Origin: Azolla caroliniana | Taxonomy: Eukaryota; Plantae; Polypodiophyta | Length of the DNA: 64,000 nt | Direction: 5' to 3' | Assembly (NCBI GenBank): GCA_043228905.1 | Contig: JBHGNT010000010.1 | Coordinates: 2,914,001-2,978,000 of the forward strand | Translations under genes and position numbers: made by a program | Shown here: positions 1 through 13,307 of the stretch, piece by piece | Layout of the letters: each line of letters starts with the position of its first letter | Position numbering within the stretch: the first letter of the stretch is position 1 | The notes under the pieces: generated by a model | Told to the model about the DNA's origin: nothing | Seen by the model: the letters and a program-made list of their open reading frames with translations, nothing else | The model's database searches: none

Positions 1-985
1 GGATTTGATTTGCAATTATCAATCAAGACTTAATACATGAGTAAACTATTTAGAGTGTATTTCAATTATGAGTGGTTGATGTCCGGTCGTCTTCACAACT
101 GTACCCCAAGAAAAAGTATTTGACTTTTGGGGACATTTGATTCCTTCTCATGTACGTTTGAAAAGGGGGGGGGGTGGGGGGGGATTGTTTTGCTAAAATC
201 CATTTCCCAAGCATGCGAATAGATAATTTACAAGTGTGTCAAGAGGTATGGTTGCCCATGTGCTCACCTCCCCCTCTCTACAACTATATCCAACTCAAAC
301 CACAATGTGGAAAATCATAACATCTCATTAGACCAAGGATCTCAATTTGTTGAAATATTGTGCCACATTATGCACAAAGTTCCTTGTAATTATCAATCAT
401 GATTTGGTGCTTTGCCTAGGGAAGCAGGAAAGCCATTAAGTGTTGTCATGAGGGTTGCCACTGAATTGGTCAAAGTATCTAAGACTCAAGAGGGTTTCCT
501 TGGATTATAATTCTATAATCATCATCTAATATTTGTTTAAGCAAAGGGGGTGCGAGGGTGATCTGATAGTTGTAGTAATGTGCTCAACAAGAGTTTCATC
601 AAGTTGTCGTGAATACATATATAAAAAATCAAGTAAATGAATGTATTTGTTTTGTGTGCTAGACTAACATCAAGTGTGATCTAAAATATTGTTGATGTTG
701 ATTCTATTTGGTTAACATACTAAGGATGATAAATTATGTACATGCATTTGATTTGTCAAATTATAAGATGAAAAAAGATAACAAAATATGATATTATGAT
801 CAACGATGAAGTTCAACTTTAGATAAACCATGCTACGTAATATACAAATTTAAGAACCAAGTTGTTGCTTGTGAAGTGCATATATTTACTAAATTAACTT
901 GAAGTATTGTGGAACATACAAGTCTTGTAATAAATTTAAGTAAATTTCATGTGCTTCAAATGCTAGCAAACCAAAACTTGTAGAC

Positions 986-1587
986 ATGGAGTTGGCAAGT
1001 CTGATACATTATCAAGTTAAAAGAAATGGATTTGATTCAGATGTTGCCATAGGCAATTTGCTCAGTAACATGTATGCAACATGTGGAAAGTTGGAAGAGT
1101 CTCACCGAATGTTCAATATATTGCCATTTCATGACGTAGTTTCATGGACGTCTCTCTACATGGTATGCACACAAAAGCAAGGCATTGCCTAAAAGAGATG
1201 GAACAATAGGGATTAATTCCAGTTGATGTTGCATTTACTAGTATTTTGTCAACTTGCCATCATGCAAGAAACGTTAAGAAGGGTATTGATTACTACAATT
1301 TGATGAAGGATCAATATGGCATTCAACCAAGCATTGACCATTATATTTGCATGGTTCAACTACTTGGGCAATCTAGTTGTCTTAAAGAGGTTGAGTTGAT
1401 GCTTCGAACAATGCCAATAAGAGCATATATGTGTTACAGTTGGTTGACCTTATTGATAGCATGTAGATGCTTTGGCAATATAAATATGGGGAAATTGTGC
1501 TTGAATGAAGCTATCAAATTGGATCCTGCTACAATAGCAGGATATGCATTGATGTCAAGCATGTATGATGAAAGTCACAAATTGGAG
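986..1587 (+). pseudogene. PLS-class pentatricopeptide repeat (PPR) gene remnant, C-terminal repeats plus E-domain-like segment
   Basis: Motifs 'GNLLSNMYATCGKLEESHRMF...DVVSWTS', 'YGIQPSIDHYICMVQLLGQ', 'WLTLLIACR' and 'GYALMSSMY'. Broken by a frameshift and stops near 1150-1245. Confidence 0.85.
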
Positions 1588-1892
1588 GCTATATCTCTCT
1601 CAATCATCTCTCATTTTGGTAAAATAAGTGCGCTCAACAGTTTTTGTCTTATGTGGTGTAATGGTCTTATCTGTGAACCCATATTGGTTGTATGGGCAAT
1701 TTTAAATGGAGATTTAGAGAGAACCATGAATATTCCCTGAGTGTCTGAAATAGAGTTTCAACTTGTTGTGTTGGCTTCATGCATTTTGGCATTCTTCTTG
1801 AATTATACAATCTTTTTGAAGACAACAATTAACTCTTCCTTGACTCAAACAATGTGTGGGAATCTGCAGGACTTGCGTATTGTGGTATTAGG
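1588..1892 (+). pseudogene. Fragment of a nucleotide-sugar transporter (SLC35D/UGNT1-UTR7-like)
   Basis: Reads 'LNSFCLMWCNGLICEP..WAILNGDL', then after a frameshift 'FQLVVLASCILAFFLNYTIFLKTTINSSLTQTMCGNLQD'. This matches, from memory, the plant NST motif SCILAFFLNYSIFLNTTLNSALTQTICGNLKD. Confidence 0.7.
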
Positions 1893-2266
1893 GATATGTG
1901 GAACATGGATTTAGTGAGACAACACTCTCCCTCTTTGAGCAAATGCAAAGTCTTGTTTCACACTTGTTTGCTACCTGAAAGCATGTGGTAGCATTAGAGC
2001 TACATTAACAAGCAATGAAATTCACAAGGAAAATGAATTAAACAATCTTTTTGAAGACAACAATTAACTCTTCCTTGACTCAAACAATGTGTGGGAATCT
2101 GAAGGACTTGCTTATTGTGGTATTAGAGATATGTGGAACATGGATTTAGTGAGACAACACTCTCCCTCTTTGAGCAAATGCAAAGACTTGTTTCACACTT
2201 GTTTGCTACCTGAAAGCATGTGGTAGCATTAGAGCTACATTAGCAGGCAATGAAATTCACAAGGAC
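1807..2266. repeat. Tandem duplication of ~225-235 bp spanning the NST/PPR junction
   Basis: 'acaatctttttgaagacaac...gcaatgaaattcacaagga' occurs at ~1807-2030 and ~2042-2265 with few substitutions. Confidence 0.9.
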
Positions 2267-2475
2267 ATTGTACAAAAAACTGTTGAAAGATATTATTTCA
2301 TTGGAAATACATTAGTAGATATGTATGCAAAATATGGGTCACTTGTTGAGGCCCAAGTAGTATTTAACAGGCTTTTAGTTCAAGAACAAGTCCCTTGGAA
2401 TGGAATACACTGATTGCAAGATTTATTGAGAATGGGAAATTTGAGGAAGTACTCAATCAATTTCATCAAACAAAG
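2127..2475 (+). pseudogene. Second PPR remnant
   Basis: Translates piecewise to 'YVEHGFSE', 'TLVCYLKACGSIRA..GNEIHKDIV', 'IFIGNTLVDMYAKYGSLVEAQVVFNRL' and 'WNTLIARFIENG', with frameshifts. Confidence 0.8.
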
Positions 2476-4398
2476 GATCCATGGCTAGACATTGTCTTAC
2501 ACAAGACGGGCTTGGAAGGATAGTCACTTCCTTTCCCTCTATTTTGTATTTTGTAGTTGATATGCCTTTTTAAAACTAATGGAAGGATATGTTGTTTAGA
2601 GAGAAAAAAACACCTCATTATTTTCTCAAGGGGGGTTATGAACTTCTTCTACTGGTTATTCAAAGATAATGTTGAGTATGGGTACTTAATGGATGCATTC
2701 ACATTGTCCCATTTGGACACACTAGATTTAGGCTATTTATGTAAATATTGCAAAGAGCAATTGCCCTAAGTCAATTGGCATTTAAACTGATTTTTGTAAC
2801 CTAGTTATGAAGATGTTGATAATGCCATTCTTGTATTGTAACTTTTGGAATAAGACTATTACATTGTGTGCGTCTCTGTTTTTCTCTGTCCTTTGACCCT
2901 AGTTTAACTTGTTAACTTGGTGATCTTCTTAACATAGATGTTGTTCATGTTTCCGCACTAAGGGTCTCATATTACAACATCTGATATCCGAGCGAAGGTT
3001 CTTCAACTCGTTGTCGGCCATCATCTGTTTCCAACAGAATCCTTGCCCATGTCTTCTTGAAGACCCTAAGTTTGGCAACCATCAAGAGAAGACAAGGACA
3101 CTAGTTGGTCTGCACTCCACTGAGATAAATCACCTCCCAAGTAGGCCATCGGTCGTACCTAATTCTTGTGATTGTAGCCACTTAGAGTGGAACCTACTTC
3201 AAACAAGTCTCAATTGTGCTTCATCAGATTAAGCAACATTCGGATAGGACAGTTGGCGTTGCCCACTTAATTGTTGTAACCAATCGAAGCAGAATAGACT
3301 TTAGATCTAATGTCATTTGTGCTCCATCTGACTAGAAGAGATTCGAGAAGACCTGTTGGCTCTGTTTCTCCCTTATCGTAGCCACTTGGAGCAGGATCGT
3401 CATTGAAAACGGCACTCTAACACTGTGATTGGCATTTTGATCGGTCTAATCAGTGCTTAACTCGGTTAGGCAACATTCGGGAAGATCAGTTGATTCTGTC
3501 CCTCTAGTTGTTGTAGCCACGTCAAGCAAGATTGGCAATCAAATCAAATCGGCAATCCAATCGGCACGATTCGTGCTCAATTCCGCTAGGCATCACAAGG
3601 GAGAGACCATAATACACAATTGGTCGCAACCACTTCAACCAAAATCAACTGAATAGTCGATTAAGTTTTTGTCCAATTTGGCTAGATCAAATTCGGGTGA
3701 AATAGCCCGTTGCACCCCCAACCTATCGTAGCCACCTCTAGATAGAACTCCTCGACCAATCGGATCACATCTAAATGGCCTCAAGATCAAGCTCATCAGA
3801 TATGGGTCTAAAGAAGTTCATCGGATCAAACTTAAACTTCTAGAAGGAGTAGATGTAGGACCATATAATAGTCAAGGGTCAAATCAACCCAATCGAGACA
3901 GAAAATGCTCCAAGATACAAGCGGAATGAGTAGTCAAAGCTAGACAGAATTGTCCATGCCACCATTCAAATACACTTGTCGGAGTCAGTGTACTTCACAG
4001 TGCAATCGTGTTCAATTGTCTTCCAACTATGGAAGACACTCTTGGACACCTATGAAAAGAAGGTCACCGCCACAAAGATATATTTGATTCAACGCCTCTA
4101 CAACCTTCAGATGAAAGAATCTGACTCGGTCCATGCGCACCTCAACAAGTATGAATGTCTAAGCTCCCAAATTTCAGCTCAAGGGACGACAATCCAAGAC
4201 TAATTGAAAGCAATGTTTCTCGTGAGTAGTCTCCCCCCTTCTTGGGAAACTTTCGTCACAATTGTGTGCAATGCGTTGACTACTGTCGTGAAGTACTATG
4301 AATCCACGAGGATATCATTTGCAAACGATTCAGATAGTGATGCCTATGTAGTACAAAGTTCGACCAACCGATCGAAAAATCGAGGAAGAAGTTCATGA

Positions 4399-5311
4399 TG
4401 TAAAAACAATGTCAAAAATCTATAGAAGTACATTTCCCATCTGGAGCTTATGACAAGGAGCATGAAGGAATTTTCGGTTCGTGAATTAGAATTCAGAAAC
4501 CCAAGATACAAGCTTCGGAAGGATTAATGTTACTTGGGACAAAAATGTAATTATGTCAAAAGGGGGAGTCAAAATTAAATAAGGGCTATTTCTATAATTT
4601 CTTAAATATAGAACTATAAAATTGAATTGTAGCATCAATAAATAAAGAAAATAAAATAAAAATAAAAATAAAAATACAATTGCCTTGCATGAGGCGGTTT
4701 GTCAACCGCGTCAAGAGGGTGGTAGGGCGGTTGACCACCCTATATTAGCCACGCCTATAGTGGCTAAAGGGAAGGGAGAAGGAGAAGGAAGAGAAGGAAA
4801 AGTGAGAGAAGAAGCTCGCGTGGGTATGGGATGCAGAGCTCGCCAAAGAAGATGGTGGCCTGCATAAATCAAGACAAGAGTTAAAGAAAAGAAAAGAAAT
4901 ACAAGAAAAAGAAGAAGTTAAAGTGGTGTATCTCAAATGCCTCTTTGTAAACAAAAGCTTGTGAGTTTGAATCCTCTTCAAATGACTTCTTTTGGTAATC
5001 AAATTTTGTAATATAAATTTAGTATATATAAACTGAAAGAGACAAAGAAACCAAAGAGATTGAAGTGGTTTATCTCAAACGCTTTTTCTCAAATAGAGTT
5101 TGTGAGTTCAAGTCTTGCCAAGTAACTTTTGGCAAATAAATATTGTAAGTGGTTGTTTTACAAGTAAAACTCTTTTCGTGACAATGTCGCATTTAACTTG
5201 CCTTCTCAGCATCTTGTCATCGCACCATTTGCGATTACGCGTTTTCACCCCCGATCATCCCGAGTCACAGAACCCCGGCGGTTGCGACACACAACCACAA
5301 TCTTCGCGACA
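4399..5311. mobile_element. Unclassified ~0.9-kb insertion interrupting gag of the old copia (possibly a solo LTR or remnant)
   Basis: The gag reading 'NRGRSS' stops at ~4398 and resumes as 'PNNARSQSKSR' at ~5315. The intervening DNA is non-coding with TGTCA...TGACA-like ends (4410/5183). No clean TSD found. Confidence 0.4.
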
Positions 5312-6072
5312 ACACCGAACAATGCGCGAAGCCAGAGCAAGTCCCGAGACAATCAAACCAACAACTACTACAAGAAACCAAGGCCGATTGTCGCGCCCTC
5401 AAAGCCAGAAATGATAAAGCTCAAAGAGCCGATCAAAAGGGAAGCCGACAAGACAAGGTAAACTACGTCAACTCATCAGTCGAAGTATTGACGGACGACC
5501 CGAACATTCTCTTTATGGGAAACTCAAGCGAATCAAAAGTTCTACTCACGATTGAGGAATCGAGCATATGGCTCCTGGATTCAGGTGCATCCTACCACGT
5601 GACCCCTCACCGTTCCCAATTTCGGCAATATTTGGCCTAGCATTGCAACTCAATCCGAGTCGGAAACTTGTAGCACAGTGCCATAATTGGAATTTGTACT
5701 ATACAGCTCAACCTTCTGGGTGGCTAGTACTACACAATGTTCAACATGTACCTGAGCTCTCAACTCCTTTGATCTCAGTCGGATAGTTAGATGCAGATGG
5801 CATTTGCGTCGGCTTCTCATCAAGAGGGTGGACACTCCACAAAGGAAACCTCCTACTTGCTAGAGGCCCGAAGGTACACTCATTGTACCCACTCTCAGAG
5901 AGGGTGGCCTATTCTTGGTAGACATTCCCATGTCACTCGTTATGGCATGGTAGAATATGTTACTCTCATAGTGGGTGACCTATTCTTGGTAGACATTCCC
6001 ATGTCATCGTTATGGCATGGAAGGCTTAGAAACCTCAACAAGGCCGGTATCCCGCAATTATCTAGAGCCCGT

Positions 6073-6673
6073 TGATGGGAAATCGACGCTCCGATTAACC
6101 TTCACCGCTCGGCCACAACCGAGTAAGCGCGAATCAATGCAGCAGAAAATAGGAACCACAGAGAAAAACACGAATACACAGGGATTAACGTGGAAAACCC
6201 TAGACGGGAAAAACCACGGGAGTACAAGACTCCGAACCAAAACTATGCACAGAGAAGTATACAATGGCGAGCTGCAAGGCGACGACCTTGAGCTCGCTGT
6301 CCTCGCCACAGGCGGCGGAAATACACAGAGGCGTCGACCTCTTCCTCTCTCACGCTCTATCTCTCTCACGGCTGCTCTCTCTTCACTCCTCTTGAGTGGA
6401 AAAACAGAAAAATGAGTAGCAACGTTAAAACTGTTTGCCCTAAGTCATATTTATACACATATGACTTTGGGGCTATTTACAACTATAGCCTCAAGGGCCC
6501 TTGGCAAACATATTCACAGATATGTCCCCGCATCCGGATCTCTCTCCGGGTACATTCGTCATCCGGCTCCGAAACCGGGGTCTTCATCATCCGGTTCCGA
6601 AACCGAAACCGGGCTTGTCGTCATTCATCTCCGACATCCGACCATCCCATCCGAAGGGATTGTAATCCCAACA
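6073..6673 (-). repeat. 3' LTR of the young copia
   Basis: Matches 10788-11388 except for the only difference I saw, gggaTTgtaa vs gggaCCgtaa. Confidence 0.95.
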
Positions 6674-6683
6674 AACTCCCCCT

Positions 6684-9600
6684 TCACTTCGGCATGGGAT
6701 GTCTCTCCAATCCGATCCTCTTCCGGCATGCTTCCAGCTTGTCGGGTGTGAGCACCTTGGTCAGCATATCCGACCCGTTCTCGTCCGTGTGGATCTTCGT
6801 CAGCACGAACTCCTTGTCTTCTATCCTTTCCCGGATCCAGTGATATCTTCGCTGGATGTGCTTCGTCCGGGAGTGATAGGCCGCGTTCTTCGCAAGGTGG
6901 ATTGCACTCTGACTGTCGCAGTAGAGTCAGTACTCCTCCTGCCGGATACCGAGCTCTCTAATGAAGTCCTTCATCCATATTATTTCCTTGCCGGCTTCAA
7001 CAGCTGCCATGTACTCCGCCTCCGTGGTTGACAACGCAACCGTCTTCTGCAGCCTTGACTGCCACGAAACAGCTCCCCCTGCATACGTCATCACATACCC
7101 GGATGTGGACCGGCTGGTATCTGCATCAGCCGACATATCCGAATCGGTAAAACCGTCAAGTTCGGGCTTACCGGAGCCGAATCGGAGGCACACGTTTGCC
7201 GTGCCCTTCAGGTATCGGAGTATCCACTTGGCCGCGTTCCAATGCTCTTTGCCGGGATTGCTCATGTACCGGCTCACCACTCCGACTGCGTATCCAATGT
7301 CCGGTCTTGTACACACCATTGCGTACATCAGGCTTCCGACGGCAGAGGCATATGGCACTTTCATCATGTCCTCCTTCTCAGCCTTTGTCTTGGGGCTTTG
7401 CTTGCTGGACAGCTTGCAGTTTGTCGGGAGGGTCGATCCGACCGGTCTTGCTTCCGACATGTTGAACCGTTTAAGCACCTTTGTCACGTACTTCTCCTGT
7501 GACAGCCGCAACTGCTTCTTCTTCCGGTCCCGGATGATGTGCATCCCTAGTATTTGCCTCGCCGGACCCAAGTCCTTCATTGAGAAGGTTCGGTGAAGAG
7601 CCTTCTTCAGCATCCGTATCTTGACCTGGTCTCGTCCGACGATCAACATGTCGTCCACGTACAGGAGGAGTATTAGAAAGTCTCCTCCTTCGAACTTCTT
7701 CACAAACACGCAGTGGTCGGACTGCGTTTTGAGGTACCCTTCGTCGGTCATGAAGGAGTCGAACTTCCGGTACCATTGCCGGGGAGCCTGCTTCAGTCCG
7801 TAAAGGCTCTTCTTCAACCGGCATACCAGGTGCTCCTTCCCTTTCTTCTCGAATCCTTCCGGTTGCTGCATGTAGATCTCTTCTTCGAGGTCGCCGTGAA
7901 GGAATGTCGTCTTCACGTCCATCTGTTCTACCTCGAGGTCCATGCTTGCCGCTATGCTCAGCACCGTCCGGATGGAGGTCATCTTCACTACCGGGGCAAA
8001 TATCTCGTCGAAGTCGACGCCCTTCTTCTGCTGAAACCCCTTCACCACGATCCTGGCTTTGTATCTCGGGGGGTTTCCGGCATCTCCCGGTTTCAGCTTG
8101 AACACCCACTTGTTTCGAAGTGCCCGCTTTCCTTTCGGCAACTCCACAAGTTCATATGTGTGGTTCTCATGCAGGGAATCCATCTCGTCCTGCATGGCAC
8201 TCAACCACCTGCGGCTCTGGGTGTCATGCTTTGCTTCTTCAAAGCTCTCCGGCTCCCCCTCGTCGGTTAGCAGCAAGTGCTCTGGTTCCGGAAATCTCCG
8301 GGGGGCCCTTCTCTCTCTTAGAGGATATCTCCGTTCTGGAGCTTCGGTAACCGGTTCTTCCGATTCTTCTTCATCCGAATCCATTTCGGGATCGGGGCCG
8401 GTTCCGGTATCATTTTCATCTTCTTCGGCCGGTTCTGTTTCTTCACCGTCTTCGGCCGGATCCTCGAGTGCTAACCGGTCCCTTGCCGGTCGGGACTGCT
8501 CCTCGTAGAGTTGATCCTCACCGGTCGACTTGGAGCTCTTCATCTTCTTCTCCGACTCCCAGTCGGCGAGTGTCTTGTCCTCCATGAAGATGATGTCTCG
8601 ACTCCTGAATATCTTCTTGTCGACCGGGTCCCATACTCGGTAGCCGAACTCGTCGTCGCCGTAACCGAGGAATATGCATGGCCGGGTCTTTGGATCTAGC
8701 TTTCCTCTCCGGTCCTTTGCCACATGCACGTATGCGAGACACCCGAACACCTTCAGATGCCGGTAAGATACTTCCCTACCGGTCCACACTCTCTGCGGCG
8801 TGTCTCCGTCCAAAGGTACTGAGGGTGATCGGTTTATCACATATGTCGCCGTCGACATTGCCTCAGCCCAAAACCCCTTGGGTAATTTCGCATGCGCCAG
8901 CATACTCCGGACCCTCTCCATTATGGTCCGGTTCATCCTCTCGGCCAACCCGTTCAGTTCCGGCGTCTTCGGCACAGTAAACTCGAGCCGGATTCCTTTC
9001 GAGCGACAATACTCCGCAAATTGCCCCCGGTATTCCCCTCCGTTATCCGCTCGTATCGCTTTCAGCTTCTTGCCGGATTCTCTTTCCACTCTCGCGTGGA
9101 GTTCTTTGAAGACGGACACCACTTGGTCCTTTGCCTTCATCGGTGCCGTCCACAGTTTTCGGCTATGATCATCTATGAATGTTACGAAGTACTGGGCTCC
9201 GCCATGTGACTTCGTTTCTACCTGACACACATCAGTGTGCACCAACTCCAATGGTGCGCTACGTCTCGTCGGTGGCCTTGAGTGGAAGGAGGTTCGGTTC
9301 TGCTTACCGGCCAGGCAATCGGTGCACTTCTCCAGGTGCACATGCTTCACTGGAATAAGGTTGTCTTCTGCAAGCCTCTTCATCCCCTTCTCACTCATGT
9401 GGCACAGTCTCTTGTGCCACAACTCACCGGCAGTGTCGGCTGCCACGTTCAACTCTTCAGGACACAACCAGGCATTCATAAGGTACAGTGTGTTGACTTT
9501 CCGGGCCCGAGCCACTATCAGGCTCCCCTTGCTGAACTTCATTACGCCGTTCCGGATGCTACCTGTGTAGCCTTCATCGTCTAGCCTCCCGGCCGAAATC

Positions 9601-10757
9601 AGGTTCAATCGAACCTCCGGAACGTGTCGGACATCCTTCAGCAGCATTTTGCATCCGGTCGGGGTTGTCAACCACACGTCTCCTATGCCGGCAATCCGGC
9701 ACGTACCTTCATTTCCCATCCGAACACAGCCATGCTCACCGGCTGTGTAGGATGAGAAGTATCTTCTTTCCGGGGTCAGGTGGAACGACGCTCCGGAATC
9801 GACCACCCAGGTAGTCTCATCGCCGGCAATGTTTAGTTCATCTTCTTCGGTGATGAGCATGATTTCTTCCTCACTTGCCGCGAGTGCCGTCGTTCCTTTC
9901 CGGTCCTGCCCTCGCCGATCCGAACCATTCCGGTCCGTGGCTCCCCGGTAAGCCCCGTTCCGTTGCGAAGACTTCTTCGAATCGGTGTCGTCGGCTCCGT
10001 TGTCTTTTCGGTAATGCCGACAATTCTTTCGGAAGTGCCCCGGCTTCCCACAGTGGAAGCATGTGGGTCTTCCTCTTGACTGCGACCGGGTCCCCGACTT
10101 CTCCCGTCTTTGCGGACTCCGGTTCCATTGTCTTCCCCGTTCCGATTCGGTAAGCAGCGCCTTCGAGTCGGAGGCCGGTTCTTTATCTCTCCGACGCGCT
10201 TCTTCGTTCAAAATACTTGTCTTTACCGTTTGTAGGGACAAGTTATCTTCGGTGCAGGAGGTGCTGAGAGTCACCACCAAGTTCTCCCAGCTTTCTGGCA
10301 ATGTACACATCAGAATGATGGCTTGCATTGCATCCTCCAACGGGAACTTGATCGCCGCAAGCTGATTCACGAATCCCATGAACGTGCTTACGTGTTCCAC
10401 CATACTCTCGCCGTCCCGGTACTTGAGGTTCACTATCTTCCTCATCAGGGAGGTCCGGTTCAACGCATTCTTCCTCTCGTAGAGGCCCGACAGCTTCCGC
10501 CACATCTCATATGCGTTGGTGTCGTTCGCCACATGTTGTAGAACGCTCACGTCGACGTATTGCCGAATGGTTGCAACGGCTTTCCGGTTCAGAAGCCTCC
10601 ATTCCGACTCAAGTACCCCCTTCGGTATTTCCGACTTGTCAATCGGTTCGTACAGGTCCCGAACAATCAGAAGATCCTCCATCTTGATCTTCCAGTCGGC
10701 GTAATTCTGCGCATTCAGCACCATCATTCCCGGCTGCCCGCTGCTGCCGCCTTCCAT
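6684..10757 (-). CDS. Copia gag-pol polyprotein (gag, CCHC knuckle, protease, integrase, RT, RNase H) with one premature stop
   Basis: Likely start MEGGSS at 10757. Motifs CFHCGKPGHFRKNC, WVVDSGASFH, LVHTDVC..RADNGGEY, LLYVDDML and FTDSD. In-frame TGA at 6927-6929; the frame then continues 'LYCDSQSAIHLAKN..HSRTKHI' to a stop at 6684. Confidence 0.95.
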
Positions 10758-10787
10758 TTTCTGCAGCAACTCGCTCTGATACCAGTT

Positions 10788-11388
10788 TGATGGGAAATCG
10801 ACGCTCCGATTAACCTTCACCGCTCGGCCACAACCGAGTAAGCGCGAATCAATGCAGCAGAAAATAGGAACCACAGAGAAAAACACGAATACACAGGGAT
10901 TAACGTGGAAAACCCTAGACGGGAAAAACCACGGGAGTACAAGACTCCGAACCAAAACTATGCACAGAGAAGTATACAATGGCGAGCTGCAAGGCGACGA
11001 CCTTGAGCTCGCTGTCCTCGCCACAGGCGGCGGAAATACACAGAGGCGTCGACCTCTTCCTCTCTCACGCTCTATCTCTCTCACGGCTGCTCTCTCTTCA
11101 CTCCTCTTGAGTGGAAAAACAGAAAAATGAGTAGCAACGTTAAAACTGTTTGCCCTAAGTCATATTTATACACATATGACTTTGGGGCTATTTACAACTA
11201 TAGCCTCAAGGGCCCTTGGCAAACATATTCACAGATATGTCCCCGCATCCGGATCTCTCTCCGGGTACATTCGTCATCCGGCTCCGAAACCGGGGTCTTC
11301 ATCATCCGGTTCCGAAACCGAAACCGGGCTTGTCGTCATTCATCTCCGACATCCGACCATCCCATCCGAAGGGACCGTAATCCCAACA
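10788..11388 (-). repeat. 5' LTR of the young copia
   Basis: Adjacent to the PBS; 601 bp with TG...CA termini. Confidence 0.95.
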
Positions 11389-13307
11389 CCCGTTACATCC
11401 CCAAACTCTCCTTCTCCGACCACCAATTCTGCGAACATTGCCAATATGGCAAGCAAGCCGCAGCCTCATACCCAACGACAACACCAAGAGAATCGAGCAT
11501 GCTCGATTTGGTCCATTCAGACATCTGTGGCCCCATGCCACATCAGTCTCTTGGTGGTGCCTTGTACTTCGTCAGCTTCATCAACGACTCGACTCCCAAG
11601 GTGTGTGGGCATACCCAGCCAGAACCAAAGATCGGGTTTTCTTGATCTTCCAGGAATGGCTCGCCATGGTAGAGAACCAGTCTGGTCAAAAGCTGAAATG
11701 CCTTCGAACTGACAATGAGGGAGAGTTTAAGTCTGAAGAATTCGTCAAACTTTGCTGACAACATTGCATTCAACGTGAATACTCGGCACCTCATAGTCTA
11801 GAGCAGAATGGAATTGTCGAGCGGATGAATCGGAAAATTCCGGAACGAATAGTGTCCATGCTCCAACACTCCAGATTGTCGGATGGCTTATGGGGAGACG
11901 CCCTACTTACGGCAGTACACATAATCAATATGTCGCCGAGTAAGCCTCTAGGACTTCGAATACCTCAGGAAATATGGACCGACGGTAAGCCGAATTACGA
12001 CATGCTGAGGATTTTCGGATGCGAGGCATATGTTCTCATTCCAAAAGAAAACCATCAAAAACTTGAACTAAGGTCCAAGAAATGCATTTTCCTTGCCTAT
12101 GGACCAAACGGCGAGATCGGATACCAACTTTGGGACCCTGAGCACAGACAAATCGTCTGATGTTCAAACATAATGTTCAACGAGTCGGTTATGCATAAGA
12201 CGGCCGAAAGGCCTATTGAAGGCCCAGCTCATAACACGAGGTCAGCTTCAGGGGTAATCGAATCCTCTAGCACCAAATCGGCTCCGATCGATTTGGCACA
12301 ACCGAACGTTTCGGCTCTAGACCATCCGACCTAGACATTCTAGCCACCGGAGAGATACTCTCTCAGAATCTTCTTCACGAACATCAGCGAGCCAACGTCA
12401 TTTGAAGAAGCATTGGCATGCGCCAACTTGGCCACCTAACACTTAGAGATGGAGTCGAAAATAAACTCCATCTGGCACAATCAAACGTGGGACCTAGTCG
12501 AACTACCGAAAAACTGACGTGCCCTTTCGTGCAAACGGGTCTATCGACTCAAAGAGACTTCAGGTTCTGTCTTTTCCAACTACAAGACCAAATTAGTCAC
12601 GAGGGGTTTCCGATAACAATATGGCGTCGACTTCGACAAGATTTTTTCACCAGTGGTGAAAATGACCACCCTTCGATTCTGATTCGGCGTCGTGGTAGCC
12701 GAGGACTTGGAGCTTATTCGGTTAGATGTGAAGACAACCTTCCTCCATGGCAACCTAGAGGATGGAGCAACCGAAAGGCTTCGTTGTAGCCGACCAAGAG
12801 CATGCAGTCTATCGACTCGGGAAGAGTCTTTATGGCTTGAAGCAATCACCCTGATAGGGGCCCGACAATGGTATAAGAAGTTCGATGATTTTATACAATC
12901 AATCGGCTTCTCCAAGAGCGATGAGGACTACTGCCTCTTCACCAAAATAGTTGTTGATGTGTTTTCCATCTTCATCATCTTATATGTGGACGACATGCTA
13001 CTCTCCAATCGGAATGCCGGAGAGCTTGCCAATCTTGTTCAATAGTTGCGAGTGAATTTCACAATGAAGGACCTAGGTCTTGCTCGACACATACTCAGAA
13101 TGAAGATTAGTCGGCTCGGAATCAGCAACAATTGTTTTTGTCTCAAGCCGACTACATCATACGTGTCTTCAAACGCTTCAACATGCAATCAGCCAAATCT
13201 ACTTCGACCCCGCTCCCCATTAATCTTCGGTTTTCTCAACGAGATTGCCAGACATCCGGTCCGAAAGGGGAAGATATGAAGTCGGTACCGTATGCACTAA
13301 TTGTTGG

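Larger units (their letters stand above)
6073..11388 (-). mobile_element. Young full-length Ty1/copia LTR retrotransposon nested in the old copia
   Basis: Two 601-bp LTRs (6073-6673, 10788-11388) with TG...CA ends. Perfect 5-bp TSD CCCGT (6068-6072, 11389-11393). PBS TGGTATCAGAGC (minus strand, 10773-10784) and PPT GAAGGGGGAG next to 6673. Confidence 0.97.

Noticed and set aside
6699-10790. Many overlapping plus-strand and alternative-frame ORFs
   Set aside because: Shadow ORFs of the GC-rich copia pol with no independent motifs.
10758-11084. N-terminal extension of the 1385-aa ORF
   Set aside because: It runs through the LTR and PBS; the real gag start is most likely the ATG at 10757.
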